DNA of 53,220 bases, the filler included, from Jimgerdemannia flammicorona (Eukaryota): NCBI GenBank assembly GCA_003990765.1. It is 3 parts of 3 records of this genome, joined end to end, with 100 filler letters (N's around TTAATTAATTAA, not from the genome) between each part and the next. Parts side by side here need not be neighbours in the genome. Positions count along the whole stretch, not along the records: positions 1 to 17,677 come from RBNJ01002455.1; 2 more parts are not named here. The stretch is one strand, 5' to 3'. Made by a program: the position numbers and the translations under genes. Below the pieces are notes generated by a model that made no database searches, was not told the DNA's origin, and worked only from the letters and a program-made list of their open reading frames with translations. Shown piece by piece: positions 1 through 10,700 of the stretch (positions are counted from its first letter, which is position 1; every line of letters begins with the position of its first letter).

Positions 1-474
1 TTAAAAAAAAAAAATAAAAAAAATCTAAATTATATATTAAATATTAGATTATACTTATCTAGAGAGACTATTTCTATTAATTTATCTTTAATCTCCTTAG
101 TTATATCTTTCAACTTAATAAAACTAAACTTATAGTTCTTTTAGTAAATAACATCTTTAATAATTTTAAAAACTTATAGAAGATCTTATAATTATTAATA
201 CTATTTTTATTTATTAACTTTAAAATAAATAAGTAAAATAATATCAGTAGTACAGAAAGTAATGGTAGTAGCTATAGTAGTAAGCTCAAATAGAAGTTAC
301 ACTATTATAAGAAGTAGTAAGTGATAGTGTAATAGTGATCTCAGAATGATGATATCAGTATAAGAGACAGTCTTTTCTTATAAGTTATAAGATCAAAGCA
401 CAAGAAGATTATATAGTATAATCACTCAGACTATAAGATAAGCAATGATGACCAACTATAAGTATCTTAAGGAA

Positions 475-482
475 TATAAAAG
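475..482 (+). promoter_or_regulatory. Putative TATA box in LTR (TATAAAAG)
   Basis: TATAAAAG is present at the same position in all four LTR copies (475, 7681, ~25119, reverse at ~17214-17221), about 80 bp upstream of the LTR ORF start. Confidence 0.5.
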
Positions 483-560
483 AAGGATCAGAAAACTACA
501 GTAACAGTAATCAATAAGACCCACCAATACCAAAATAGCTCAAAGACTTATATAAACAAA

Positions 561-1385
561 ATACTTACTGCTTACCAAACCTCAAGGTTAAGGAATTATT
601 AAGGCCACTTAGTTAAAGAAATGATATTCCAAGACATCAGCAAAGCTATGAGGACCTACATAAGAAGAACTCCTAGTATTAATCTAGGTACTAGTGACCC
701 TTATCATTATATCCTTTACCACTATGAAATGGAAACAAGAATCACCATTGCCACCAAATATCTCCAAATGTGGCAGGAGTATGAAATAGAAAATCTTCTC
801 TGCTAGAAGTTCTCACAGACTAGCTCTCAAGAGTTATAAGATACCACTTCTATAGATATATATAAAGCAAGGACAGCTAAGAAGATCTATCAGATCTTCA
901 GGCATATACTATGGTCAATCTCCAACTTAGAGTATATTAGAGTCTCAGACTTCAGAGATCTATCAGTCCACTATATCAATATACTAGAAGCCAGGGTAGC
1001 AATAGAAGTCCAGTTCACTATCACTCTTGATAGTGATGAGGTAGAAGACTTCTGGCATCCCATCCTTCAGAACAACCTAGATCAATTCTTGCAAGGATTG
1101 ATCTCAGTATTCCAAAGCCCAAGTATCCAGATTAGACCTCCCCAAGACCTCACATTTGTTCTCTATTTTGTAGAAGAGAACCTCATAGATTGGAGAGCTC
1201 TTGATTTCTCTGCTAAATATAATGATATCATCAGTAATGATGTCATCCCATGTGATATATGTGAAACATGCAATCTATATAATGATGACAAGATAGATGA
1301 GACATTCATAGACCTCATCTCCTTTGAAAACATTCTGATCTCTAATAAGGATGAACCCCCCATGGTTCTGAACTTTTTGCTTTAA
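561..1385 (+). pseudogene. LTR-embedded ORF, copy 1 (275 codons; ATG mutated to ATA, in-frame stops)
   Basis: ORF-track pieces 621-806 and 1089-1385 are in one frame with 561; homologous to the copies at 13488, 17133(-) and 25206. Confidence 0.8.
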
Positions 1386-1874
1386 GTTATACTGAATTAT
1401 GCCAGCATTCTTTTCCTATATAACAGCTATTTCTCTACTGGCATTCTGATCTTATATAACTCAGAATTATTTTAGCACTATTTTCCTATATCACTGAAAT
1501 TATACCAGTATCCTGAACCTATGCAATCATCTGTACCAATACTAGAACTTGGTAGTTCTAGTATTTTATTTGGTTATTGGAATTTATATTTAGCTTTATA
1601 TCTTAGCAACCATTGAATTATATTTTGTATAAATATTCTTCTTATTTCCTCTGAAATAAAGTCAGTTCTAGTTCCAGTTTACTTACTCTCAATTCTATAT
1701 AAACAATTTAAGAAATAATAAGATAGTTTAAAGATAAGAAGTTTGAGAACTATAAGACCTTAAAAAGGCACTCCAATAAGAACTTGCTTATAATAAACTT
1801 GAGTTAGTCTAAGAGATATACCTTGAAGAGGATCTGATGTATTTGAAGGACTCAGAAACCACTATGTGATAACT

Positions 1875-1890
1875 TGGTACTCATTGGCTA
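1875..1890 (+). other. Putative primer-binding site
   Basis: TGGTACTCATTGGC begins 3 nt after the 5' LTR end; the TGG start is typical of a tRNA-CCA complement. Cognate tRNA not identified. Confidence 0.55.
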
Positions 1891-1927
1891 GTGATTCAAG
1901 GTGAATCTCTCACTTTCAAGCTAAAAA

Positions 1928-4900
1928 ATGAACAACTACCATAACAACTACTCTGACTACAAGAGTCACCCCTGTAAGAATTCAAGATAAGATAGAAATG
2001 TGTCTCTCTACATTCTATGGATATATTACTGAAGAGTCAATCCTGACCTTTATTGAAGACTTTGAACAATTCACTGCTATATGAGTCCTTGGTGTAGATG
2101 CACAATTTGCCCTTCTACTAGTCAGTCTCAGAGGACCCACTAGAGATAAGTTCAATATAGCCACTATTGCTGATAATGGTGTAGCCAAACTTGTCAACAT
2201 AAAGGCCTTTCTCAGAACAATATACTATACTGAAGAGATCAAGCAAGCTCTCAAGAATCAACTCAATACTATCTGCCAGAGACTCAGTGAAGATCCCAAC
2301 TCATTCTATACCCAAATCTGCTATCAAATTATCTTGGCTGGCTATAATGATGCCCTCAAGGAACAAATAGTAGATTCAACCTTTCTCAAAGGAGTTTACT
2401 CTGAAATTACCCTAGTAATCCGGTCTATCCCAGCTATACTGACTCTTGATTAGAAAGTGATCTTTATACAGAGATATTGGACTACCAGACATCTTGCTGA
2501 ATACTCAATAAAGAAAATAACTGGCATTAAGATAGAGCCATCAAAGCCAACCAGTATCATACCTGTCACAGTTGTAAACAGATAACCATCCCCACCTACC
2601 CCCAAGACAGCCAAAGCTGACCTAGTAGAGGAACTTGCCAAATAGTTTACTGAGATAACTATACACCTTAGTGATGTTGTTAGAGAAGTCTGAAGTATCA
2701 ACAGGAGACCAGTGCAGAGATTTGCAGCTACTATAGAAGAATAAAACATCATATACTTTAGATATAGAGAAGAAGACCACTATACAAAGAATTGTATGAC
2801 TGAAACAAGACACAAAGCTCAACCAAGCAATGCTAGTAGAACTAGAGAACAAACCAATATAGTAGTCATCAAGGAGATTGGTGATACTGATGATAAAGAA
2901 TACTATGAGAAGTCTAAATTCTATCCTGTTACTGAAGATACTAGAACTCAGTCCAAGCTCTATGATAAGAAGACCAACAGCAAGCCAGTTGGAAGACCAA
3001 AGAAGACCCTAACTGTCACTATTCAAAGCAAGACCCAACCCAAGGAGATTGATCAAGACATGGAGCTAGATGAAGCTACTTACCAAATTATTAAAGGCAC
3101 TACTCCAGTCTCAGGAGAAAGTAAAAGCAAGAAGGAACAGAAGCTGTACAAGACCAAGATCCACCAGTATGATATCTACAAGGATCTCAAGAAATAGAAG
3201 GTCAATACTACTTTTGGACAACTAGCCAAAGTCTCTGCCTTCAGACAGCAGTTGAGAGTAGGACTTGTAACAACTGCTAAAAATTAAGAGTATAAGATTG
3301 TAAAAGCTCACAATGCACAAGAAGAATCTGAAGACTCAGGCAAAGAATCTGAAGACCTATACAAGACATCAGCCTATACCCCATACCAGATTAAAGATTA
3401 TATCTTTGATGCTATCATTGATACTGGTGCTGGAGGATACCTTATGAGCAAGAAGACAATTGACCATCTAGGCTGGGATATTGAAGAGTCTACCAAGATA
3501 GTCTATATTACAGCAGATAGTATATGAGCTACCCTTCTTGGCAAAATCTGAGAAGTCTCCATCAAGATAGGAAGAGCTACTATCCTAGTAGATGTGATTG
3601 TTACAAGTACTACTAACTATAACATCCTTATTGACAATCAATGGCTTCACAAGACCAAGGCCATCATTGACCTCAATGTCTACAAAGGAGTTCTATCAGA
3701 TATGGAGGAAGAAGATAAAGAAGATACAGAAGTCTTCATATACTCAGTAAACAAGAATAAGAATAAGACACCCAAGCTCACAGATGAGCAGTGGTATAAC
3801 AAGATCATTGATGGCTATGTCCCACAAGAAAGATGTCCCCATGATACTAGGATATATCACTCTGAACACCTGAATGACTGCTGGTCCTATATAAGTGAAG
3901 TCAGGAAAATCTATCAATAGAAACATGAGCAAGAAGCTACCAAAGCAAAAAGAAAAGCTAAAGAAGATGACCAGTCCCCAGAGCTGCAAAATAACAGTGA
4001 TGATGAGAAGAAATGAGAACCAGACATTACTCTCAAGGTCAAAAAGTTTCACCCTGAAGCCAAGATTCCAGAATACAAGACTGAAGGAGCCATAGGAATA
4101 GACCTTGTCAGCATTCAAGATACTACCCTCAAACCACAGATCACTACCCTACTTGGCACTGGAATTGGAGTCAAGTTGTCAGAGAACTATACTGGAATTA
4201 TTAAGACCAGGAGCAGTCTGGCCAAAAGCAAAATCTCAGTTAAAGGAGGAGTAATTGACCCTAATTACACTGGTGAGATCTTCCTCATAGTCAGGAATCA
4301 CAACCCCACCACCCCATTTAAAGTCAAGAAGTATGATAGGATTGACCAGATGCTAATCCACAAAATCAAGAAGCCCAAAATCACTGAAGCCATCAAACTC
4401 ATCAAGACCAAAAGAGAAGAATAAGGTTTTGGATCTACTGGAAGAGGAGCCTATGCTACTACCAAGATTACTAAACTTGAGTATAAGAAAGATAGAGATC
4501 AGAATAAGCACACATATACTATTGGAGAAAACTTCTCTCTGGAAGAACAACTTCTCAAGATTCTATACCAGAATGAAGGAGTACTTACTACAGACTTCAG
4601 AGATATCTACAATCAAAAACCCAAGTACTATCATGAAGTTGATACTAGTGATACCAAGCCCATTTATCAGAAAGTCAGACCTATACTACCTACCTACAGA
4701 GAATGGCTATGAGCAGAACTCAAGGAAATAGAAGAGACCAGAATCATTAAACAAGCTATCAGTCCCTGGGCTTTACCTATTGTCCTTGCTCCAAAGAAAG
4801 AAAGCAAGCCTGGAGAGTTTATGTCAAAACTCTGCATTGACTACAGAAAGCTCAATACAATTATCAAGAAAGATAGACAGCTCTTATCAAATATTCAAGA

Positions 4901-7151
4901 AATCCTTACTACCCTTGGAAGTGAAGCCAAATACTACACCATCCTGAATCTGTTCTCAGACTTTCATCAGATTGGTCTCACTCAAGATGCCAGTGAGAAA
5001 TCAGCCTTCATCATATCTGATGCCACCTATATCTATCTACAAATGTCATTTGAAATGTGTAATGCCCCAGTAAGTTTTCAGCAAATAATAAATAGAGTCT
5101 TTAGCAATAAAATTGGAAAATAGCTCTTTGTTTATATTGATGATGTAATTATCTTCAGCAATACTATACAAGAACATGTCAACCATATACAACTAGCTCT
5201 CAAGAGACTCAAGGAGTATGGCCTCTATATCAAGCCCAAGAAGTACAAGTTTGTAGCTCAGGAAATCACCTACCTAGGACATCTCATCAACCAGACTAGA
5301 ATCCATACAGACTCTATAAAGATTGAGGCTGTTGCAGCCTACCTAAAACCCAGGACAACTACTGAAGTCCATGCCTTCCTTGGACTGGTCTCCTACTATA
5401 GAAGATTCATCAAAAGATACTCCAACATTACAACATCTATCTATGAGCTACTGAAGAAGGAAACCAATTTTGAATAAACCAAGGAATACTAAGAAATCTT
5501 CAATAAACTCAAGACTAGGTTGACCCAAGCACCCATCCTCAGAAGACCAGATTGGAACCTAGAGTTCATCCTGTAGATAGATGCAAGTACTTTAGGACTT
5601 AGAGCAGTCCTAGCTTAGAAGAAAGATAGATATAAATATGATATCTCCTATATAAGCTAAGGTACCCATGGAGCAGAACAGAACTATGAGTTATGTAAGC
5701 TTGAATACTTAGCAGTAGTTTGGATAGTAGACAAGTTCCACTGCTATCTAGCTAGAAAACACTTCACTATTCAAACAGACCATTCTGCTCTTGCCTGGCT
5801 ATTCCACACTCTGAACTCTAAAGAAATATATGCCAGATAGATCTACAGGCTGTAAGAATATGACTGTACTGTCAAGCTCCACTCAGGAAGAATCAATGCC
5901 AATGCTGATATACTCTCAAGGACATCTCAAAATATCTCCATCAAGACTATTCAACATGAATAAGGAGTTATACTATAGATTAATCAGCTACCTTGGGCAG
6001 CAGAAGATGCTCAATCACCTTGAACTCTAGACTATTACTATTATCAACTAGACTTGGAAACAGTTTGAACTAGACAATACCATACTTAGAAAAGGAGGAA
6101 AATTATAATACCTAAATACAAGAAGTATCAAGTAATGAAGGAAGTACACAAACAAGAACATCTAGGAGGAACCAATATATATAACAAGGCAAGAAGAACT
6201 ATATAGTGGCCCAAAATGGAAGAAGACCTACACCAATTTGTCAAAGAGTATGATAAGTGCCAAAAATAGAAATAAGATCAGCAAGACCAAGCACTTGGAT
6301 TATCAAGAATTGAGCCTATCTCCTTCTACTATATTGTAATAGATATCATTAGACCACTACTAGTGACACTATTAGGAAACTACTATATTATAGTTATTAT
6401 AGACCTCTTTATCAAATAGATAGAAGCAGGAGCATTATAAGAAGCCAATGCCCTCTCTATAGCCAACTTCCTGTATCAAGAAATCATCTGCTGCTACAAG
6501 ACACCAAAGCAAATCACTACAGACCATGATATAGAATTTATCAATAGATTCCATGAGATAATATATCAGAAATACAAGATTTAGCATATCAAGATCACTG
6601 CATACTATCCTCAAGAAAATAGACAGACAGAGAGAACCAACAAGACCCTTAAGAACATACTGGCAAAGATCTCAGACACATATGAGAATTGGGATAACTA
6701 CCTCCCAACTATCCTCTCTATCCTACAAAATATATGGTTATAAAGTATACACTTTACTCTAAGAGAACTGCTCTTCAGAGAAGAAGATTCTGATAGAACC
6801 TCAGTTACAAATCTAGACCTAACTTAAAGACAGATTGACTCAGAAATTCATAGACTACACCAAATCAGGAAGAAGGCTGAAGATTACATTATCAAGTCAC
6901 AAGTACTGACAAGGAAGAATACAGAAAAGAATTACAAAACCCTAGAACTCATCCAAATTGGAGAAAAGGTTCTATTGTATCAAAATATAATAGAAGTCTT
7001 ATGGTTGTAAAAACTGAAGCCCAAATAGGAAGGACCCTTCTATGTGCAAGATATTAAGAGAACTACCTTCTGGCTTAGAAAAAATTCAGAAACTATACTG
7101 CCTACCACAGTACATAGGAACAGACTCAAGAAGTATCATAAACCTATATAA
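1928..7151 (+). pseudogene. gag-pol of G1 (gag, aspartic protease, dUTPase, RT, RNase H, integrase), inactivated by many stops
   Basis: Protease AIIDTGAG (~3410); RT LCIDYRKLN (~4830) and FVYIDDVIIFS (~5130); RNase H QTDHSALAWL (~5775); integrase IDIIRPL, TTDHDIEF, QTERTNKTLK (6340-6650). Start coordinate approximate. Confidence 0.9.
4032..4442 (+). pseudogene. Trimeric dUTPase domain inside G1 pol (between protease and RT)
   Basis: All five dUTPase motifs are readable: AIGIDL, TRSSLA, GGVIDPNYTGEI, DRIDQML, RE(E*)GFGSTG. Confidence 0.92.
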
Positions 7152-7213
7152 GAGAAGCAAAATTTGATAACTACCTACAAGATTCTAGTCTGTGAATTAT
7201 AACAATATGTCTT

Positions 7214-7685
7214 ATGACCAGCAGGCTATCTGTCTGGACTATTCTCTAAGAGATACAGCACCAGCAACTACTTATCCATAAGACTTTTAAAGCCAGAGGA
7301 GTTTGAACCATCAACTAATTGGTCAAGATCAGAATCAGGCCCTTGCTCTATATGAAGGAAGTGACTCTTTACCATTATATCAAAATACAAAAAGAAGATG
7401 CTAGCCCATAAACACTACTTTTCAACCCCCTGCCAGAGGTTATGGGATCAGCAAATTTTTCAGAATTGGATCAATAAATAAGGATGTTTAAGAAGATCCT
7501 TATTTAGAAAGAAGATATAACAGTGATCTCAGAATGATGACATCAGTACAAAAGACAGCCTTTTCTTGCAAGCTATAAGATTAGAGTATAAGATCATATG
7601 GCATGACCACCCAGGCTATAAGATGAGTAATAATAACTAACTATGAGTCATTATGACCACAGTATGAGTATCTTGAGGATTATAA
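7214..7685 (+). pseudogene. Accessory ORF between pol and the 3' LTR, running into U3 (ORF-A)
   Basis: Frame reads ...LLIHKTFKARGV*TIN*LVKIRIRPLLYMKEVTL...PEVMGSANFSELDQ*IRMFKKILI..., with stops explicable as CGA/CAA/CAG->TGA/TAA/TAG. The same frame is conserved in the minus-strand copy at ~17217-17541. Boundaries approximate. Confidence 0.55.
7506..7515 (+). other. Polypurine tract
   Basis: AGAAAGAAGA immediately 5' of the 3' LTR; the minus-strand copy has AGGAGAAAGA at the equivalent site. Confidence 0.65.
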
Positions 7686-7733
7686 AAGAAGAATCAAGGA
7701 ACTGCAGTAGCAGCAACTAACAAGACCCACTAA

Positions 7734-10700
7734 AGGACTTCTTTTGCTCAAAACACTCAGAGCAAGCTAAGCTACACAGATATCCTTTTATGAAAAGCAA
7801 TATGTTTTCAAGTTTTCACTTTACCTATATGGGTATACTAGGTGCAATAGAAGTCTGGCAACAGTTCACTATAAGTTTCATTAAAATATGTCAAGTTTCT
7901 GTCAAATAGTGACTCAGGATTCATTAAGCTCAGAGTGCTTAGAGAGGAGGCCTGGCCTGGATCTCCCCAAGAGTTTTACAGCAATGGCAGGGGCCAGTGC
8001 TGCTGCTGGAGGGACAGGTGGTCAGCAGTGATCAGCTGGTATTGAAGGCTAGCATACAGTGATGGGGAATAGGAGGACTACTACTAGGCCCATAGGGGTA
8101 GAGTAGAGGAGATGTAGTATTGACAGAGAGAGGAGTCAGGTGACTGGTCAGATGGCAGGTCAGATTACTGCCAGGGGACATGGGTCTAGAGGTGGGATAT
8201 ATTCCTAGGGCTGGGCTGGTGGCTGGGCCAGTGGCTGGGGGTGGGATAGCTGGTGGGCTTCCTGGGGCTGGTGGAGTGACTGCTAGTGTCTCAGAAAGTA
8301 AGGAGAAGGTGACAATGGTAGCTGGCTTTGGAGAACTAGTGGTGTATCCTTTTTTCTACAAATTGGTATCAACATGGGCGATCTTGGTGAACTTTCTGAG
8401 ACTGGACTTGTCTGCCAGAGAGGTTTTGAGGCTAGTGAGAGAGAAGATTGCTGGTGCAGAGTCCCTGAAGTTTATTCTGTCAGTAGAGGCAGTGGAGATT
8501 GGCTTTGTAGAGAAGGAGGAGATGATGAAGGCCCTGGAGAAAGGGTTGGTAGTCAAGGGCATCAAGATTGGAATAGTGAGGTGTCTGAGGTAAGATCTAC
8601 ATACAGTACAACTGGTAGTAGAAGAGCTGCCAACTCTTGGAAGACAGGAGATGAAGAGGATAGTGGCAGAGATACTGGTAGGATTTGGTAAGATGGTCAA
8701 CTTTAGATTTATGTTCTGGGAGGGGACTAAGCTGAGGAATGGCAACTGTGAGATCATGGTGAGGCTGGAGGGCAAGGAGGCCACAGGGCTAGGGAGGGAC
8801 TGGCCAGAGGTGATTATGTTGGAAAATAGGAGTGTAAGGTATAGAGAAGGAAAGAATCTGAACAGGAAGAGGAGGAATTTTTGCTTGCTCTAAAGGAGAG
8901 AGAGACTGCAAAGGAACTATATAAGAGGAGATGGGAGGAGTTTGTCAAGGACTGGATCTGGATTCTGACAGATGGGAGGAGGAAGAGATAGCAGAAGGTG
9001 AACTGAGAGTACCTGCAGACAGTCCTCTAAAGTATAAGAATAGAGAAGGAAGTGTGGGTGGAAATAGCCAAGAGTCAGATAGAGGAGATAGAGACAGCCA
9101 AGGTGTCCTTTTCACAACTAGGGGGTGTGGAGAATTCTACTCATATACCAGTTAAGGGAAAGTGGACTGATAAGGAGGAGATAGGTAAAGAGGGCTTTGA
9201 GGATGTTGTTGAGATAGTACCAGAGATCCAGTTGGAGGATGTTTGTATGGCAGGAGCAGCAAATGTTCATTGGAAATATCTAGAGACTGGCAAGATAGTG
9301 TGGCTGGAGAAGGATACTGAGGAGGATGATCTGGTAGATGTAGCCTCTGATGTATCAGCAGACAGAGAGATGCTTTAGGAGCTAATTACTGCTGATGATT
9401 GGTATTAGGTAGTGCTTGAAGAGCTGGTAGAGAAGGATATCAAAGAAGTGGATATATTCAATGAATCTCAGAAGACTTGGAAAAGATTCCTCAATATTGT
9501 ATTGCAGGAGCCAAAACTGATGATGGCAATAGTGGTAGCATTTCTAGATGATGAAGGATATGTGGTTGATGAGGTCCAGATGGCTGATATCAGGAAAGTA
9601 GTAGCTGAGAGAGTAGATATCTTTTGTGGTGGTATGGATGGTACCTATATCTGGAGAACCATTTGTGAAGAATGAAAGGAAATTATCCTTAGTAAGACTG
9701 AGAAAGTGGTAGCAATTCCGGCAGAGCTTTAAACATTCTTCTCAATGATGATGAACAATCTGCATATATTATCACTAAATATCAATGGTCTACATGATGG
9801 AGTGAAGAGGAGGTAGTTATTTTATTGACTAAAGGTCAGGAGGTATAATGTGGTATTTCTTCAGGATATTTGAGCCTATAGTGAGCAGGATTATATAGAA
9901 TAGAGCAAAGAATGGTATGGTAGTATAGAGTAGAATGAGCAGGTAGAGATCTTGATTGGTTTGAAGAGAGGTGAGCTGGTGGAGATTGCAGTTTATAGTA
10001 ATTGATTGGTTTGGGGGAGATTAAAAAGAGGAGCTGGCAATGGGCTTATTATAGGCTCTGCTTACTTACCAGTAGTTGGCAGAGAGCAAAACCAATGGGT
10101 GGAGGGCTGGCTGGCTTGGGAAGGCCAAGAAGGAATTAGGCTAGACATTCTGGGGGGGGGGATTTTAATATGGTACATAACAGAACACTGGATAGATCTG
10201 ATAGTAAGGTGGGTATGGCTGTATCAGTCAGACTCTCACAATGGAGTGGGATATGAGATTAGTTGATGGAGTATAGCAATATCAAGAAGAGTAACCAGGG
10301 CTCTTTACTAGGTGGCATTCAGTTGGTGAGGACTTGGTGGGAACAAGGATTGATTGGATTCTGGTGGCAGAATGCTAGGGTAATGTTAGAAATACAGTAG
10401 TGTCCTTGGTCAGACCACTGGGGAGTTGAGGTGCAGGGGAGGTTTTAGGCAATAGGTGGAGGTAGAGGTCAATGGAAACTTAATGTGGCTCTGCTCAAAA
10501 GGCAGGCTGAGCAGGAATAGTTTGTGGCAATTGCAAGGCAGGAAGTATTGCAGTGAAAGAACAGTAGACAGACAATAGAGCAGTGGTGGAGTAAATTTAA
10601 ACATTTAGCAGGTACTTACTGGTGTGATGTTGGGGAGGTAGCAGGGAGAGAGCAGAAGGATAGAGAGAGGAGAGTGGAGTGGAGACTCTAATAGCAGCTG

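Larger units (their letters stand above)
328..1871 (+). repeat. 5' LTR of G1
   Basis: Colinear with three other copies in the window. Starts TGTAATAGTG and ends CTATGTGATA (other copies end ...TGACA/...TAACA). Confidence 0.92.

Noticed and set aside
7214..7685. 3' extra ORF as a retroviral-type env gene
   Set aside because: Too short, with no signal peptide, furin site or transmembrane segment visible.
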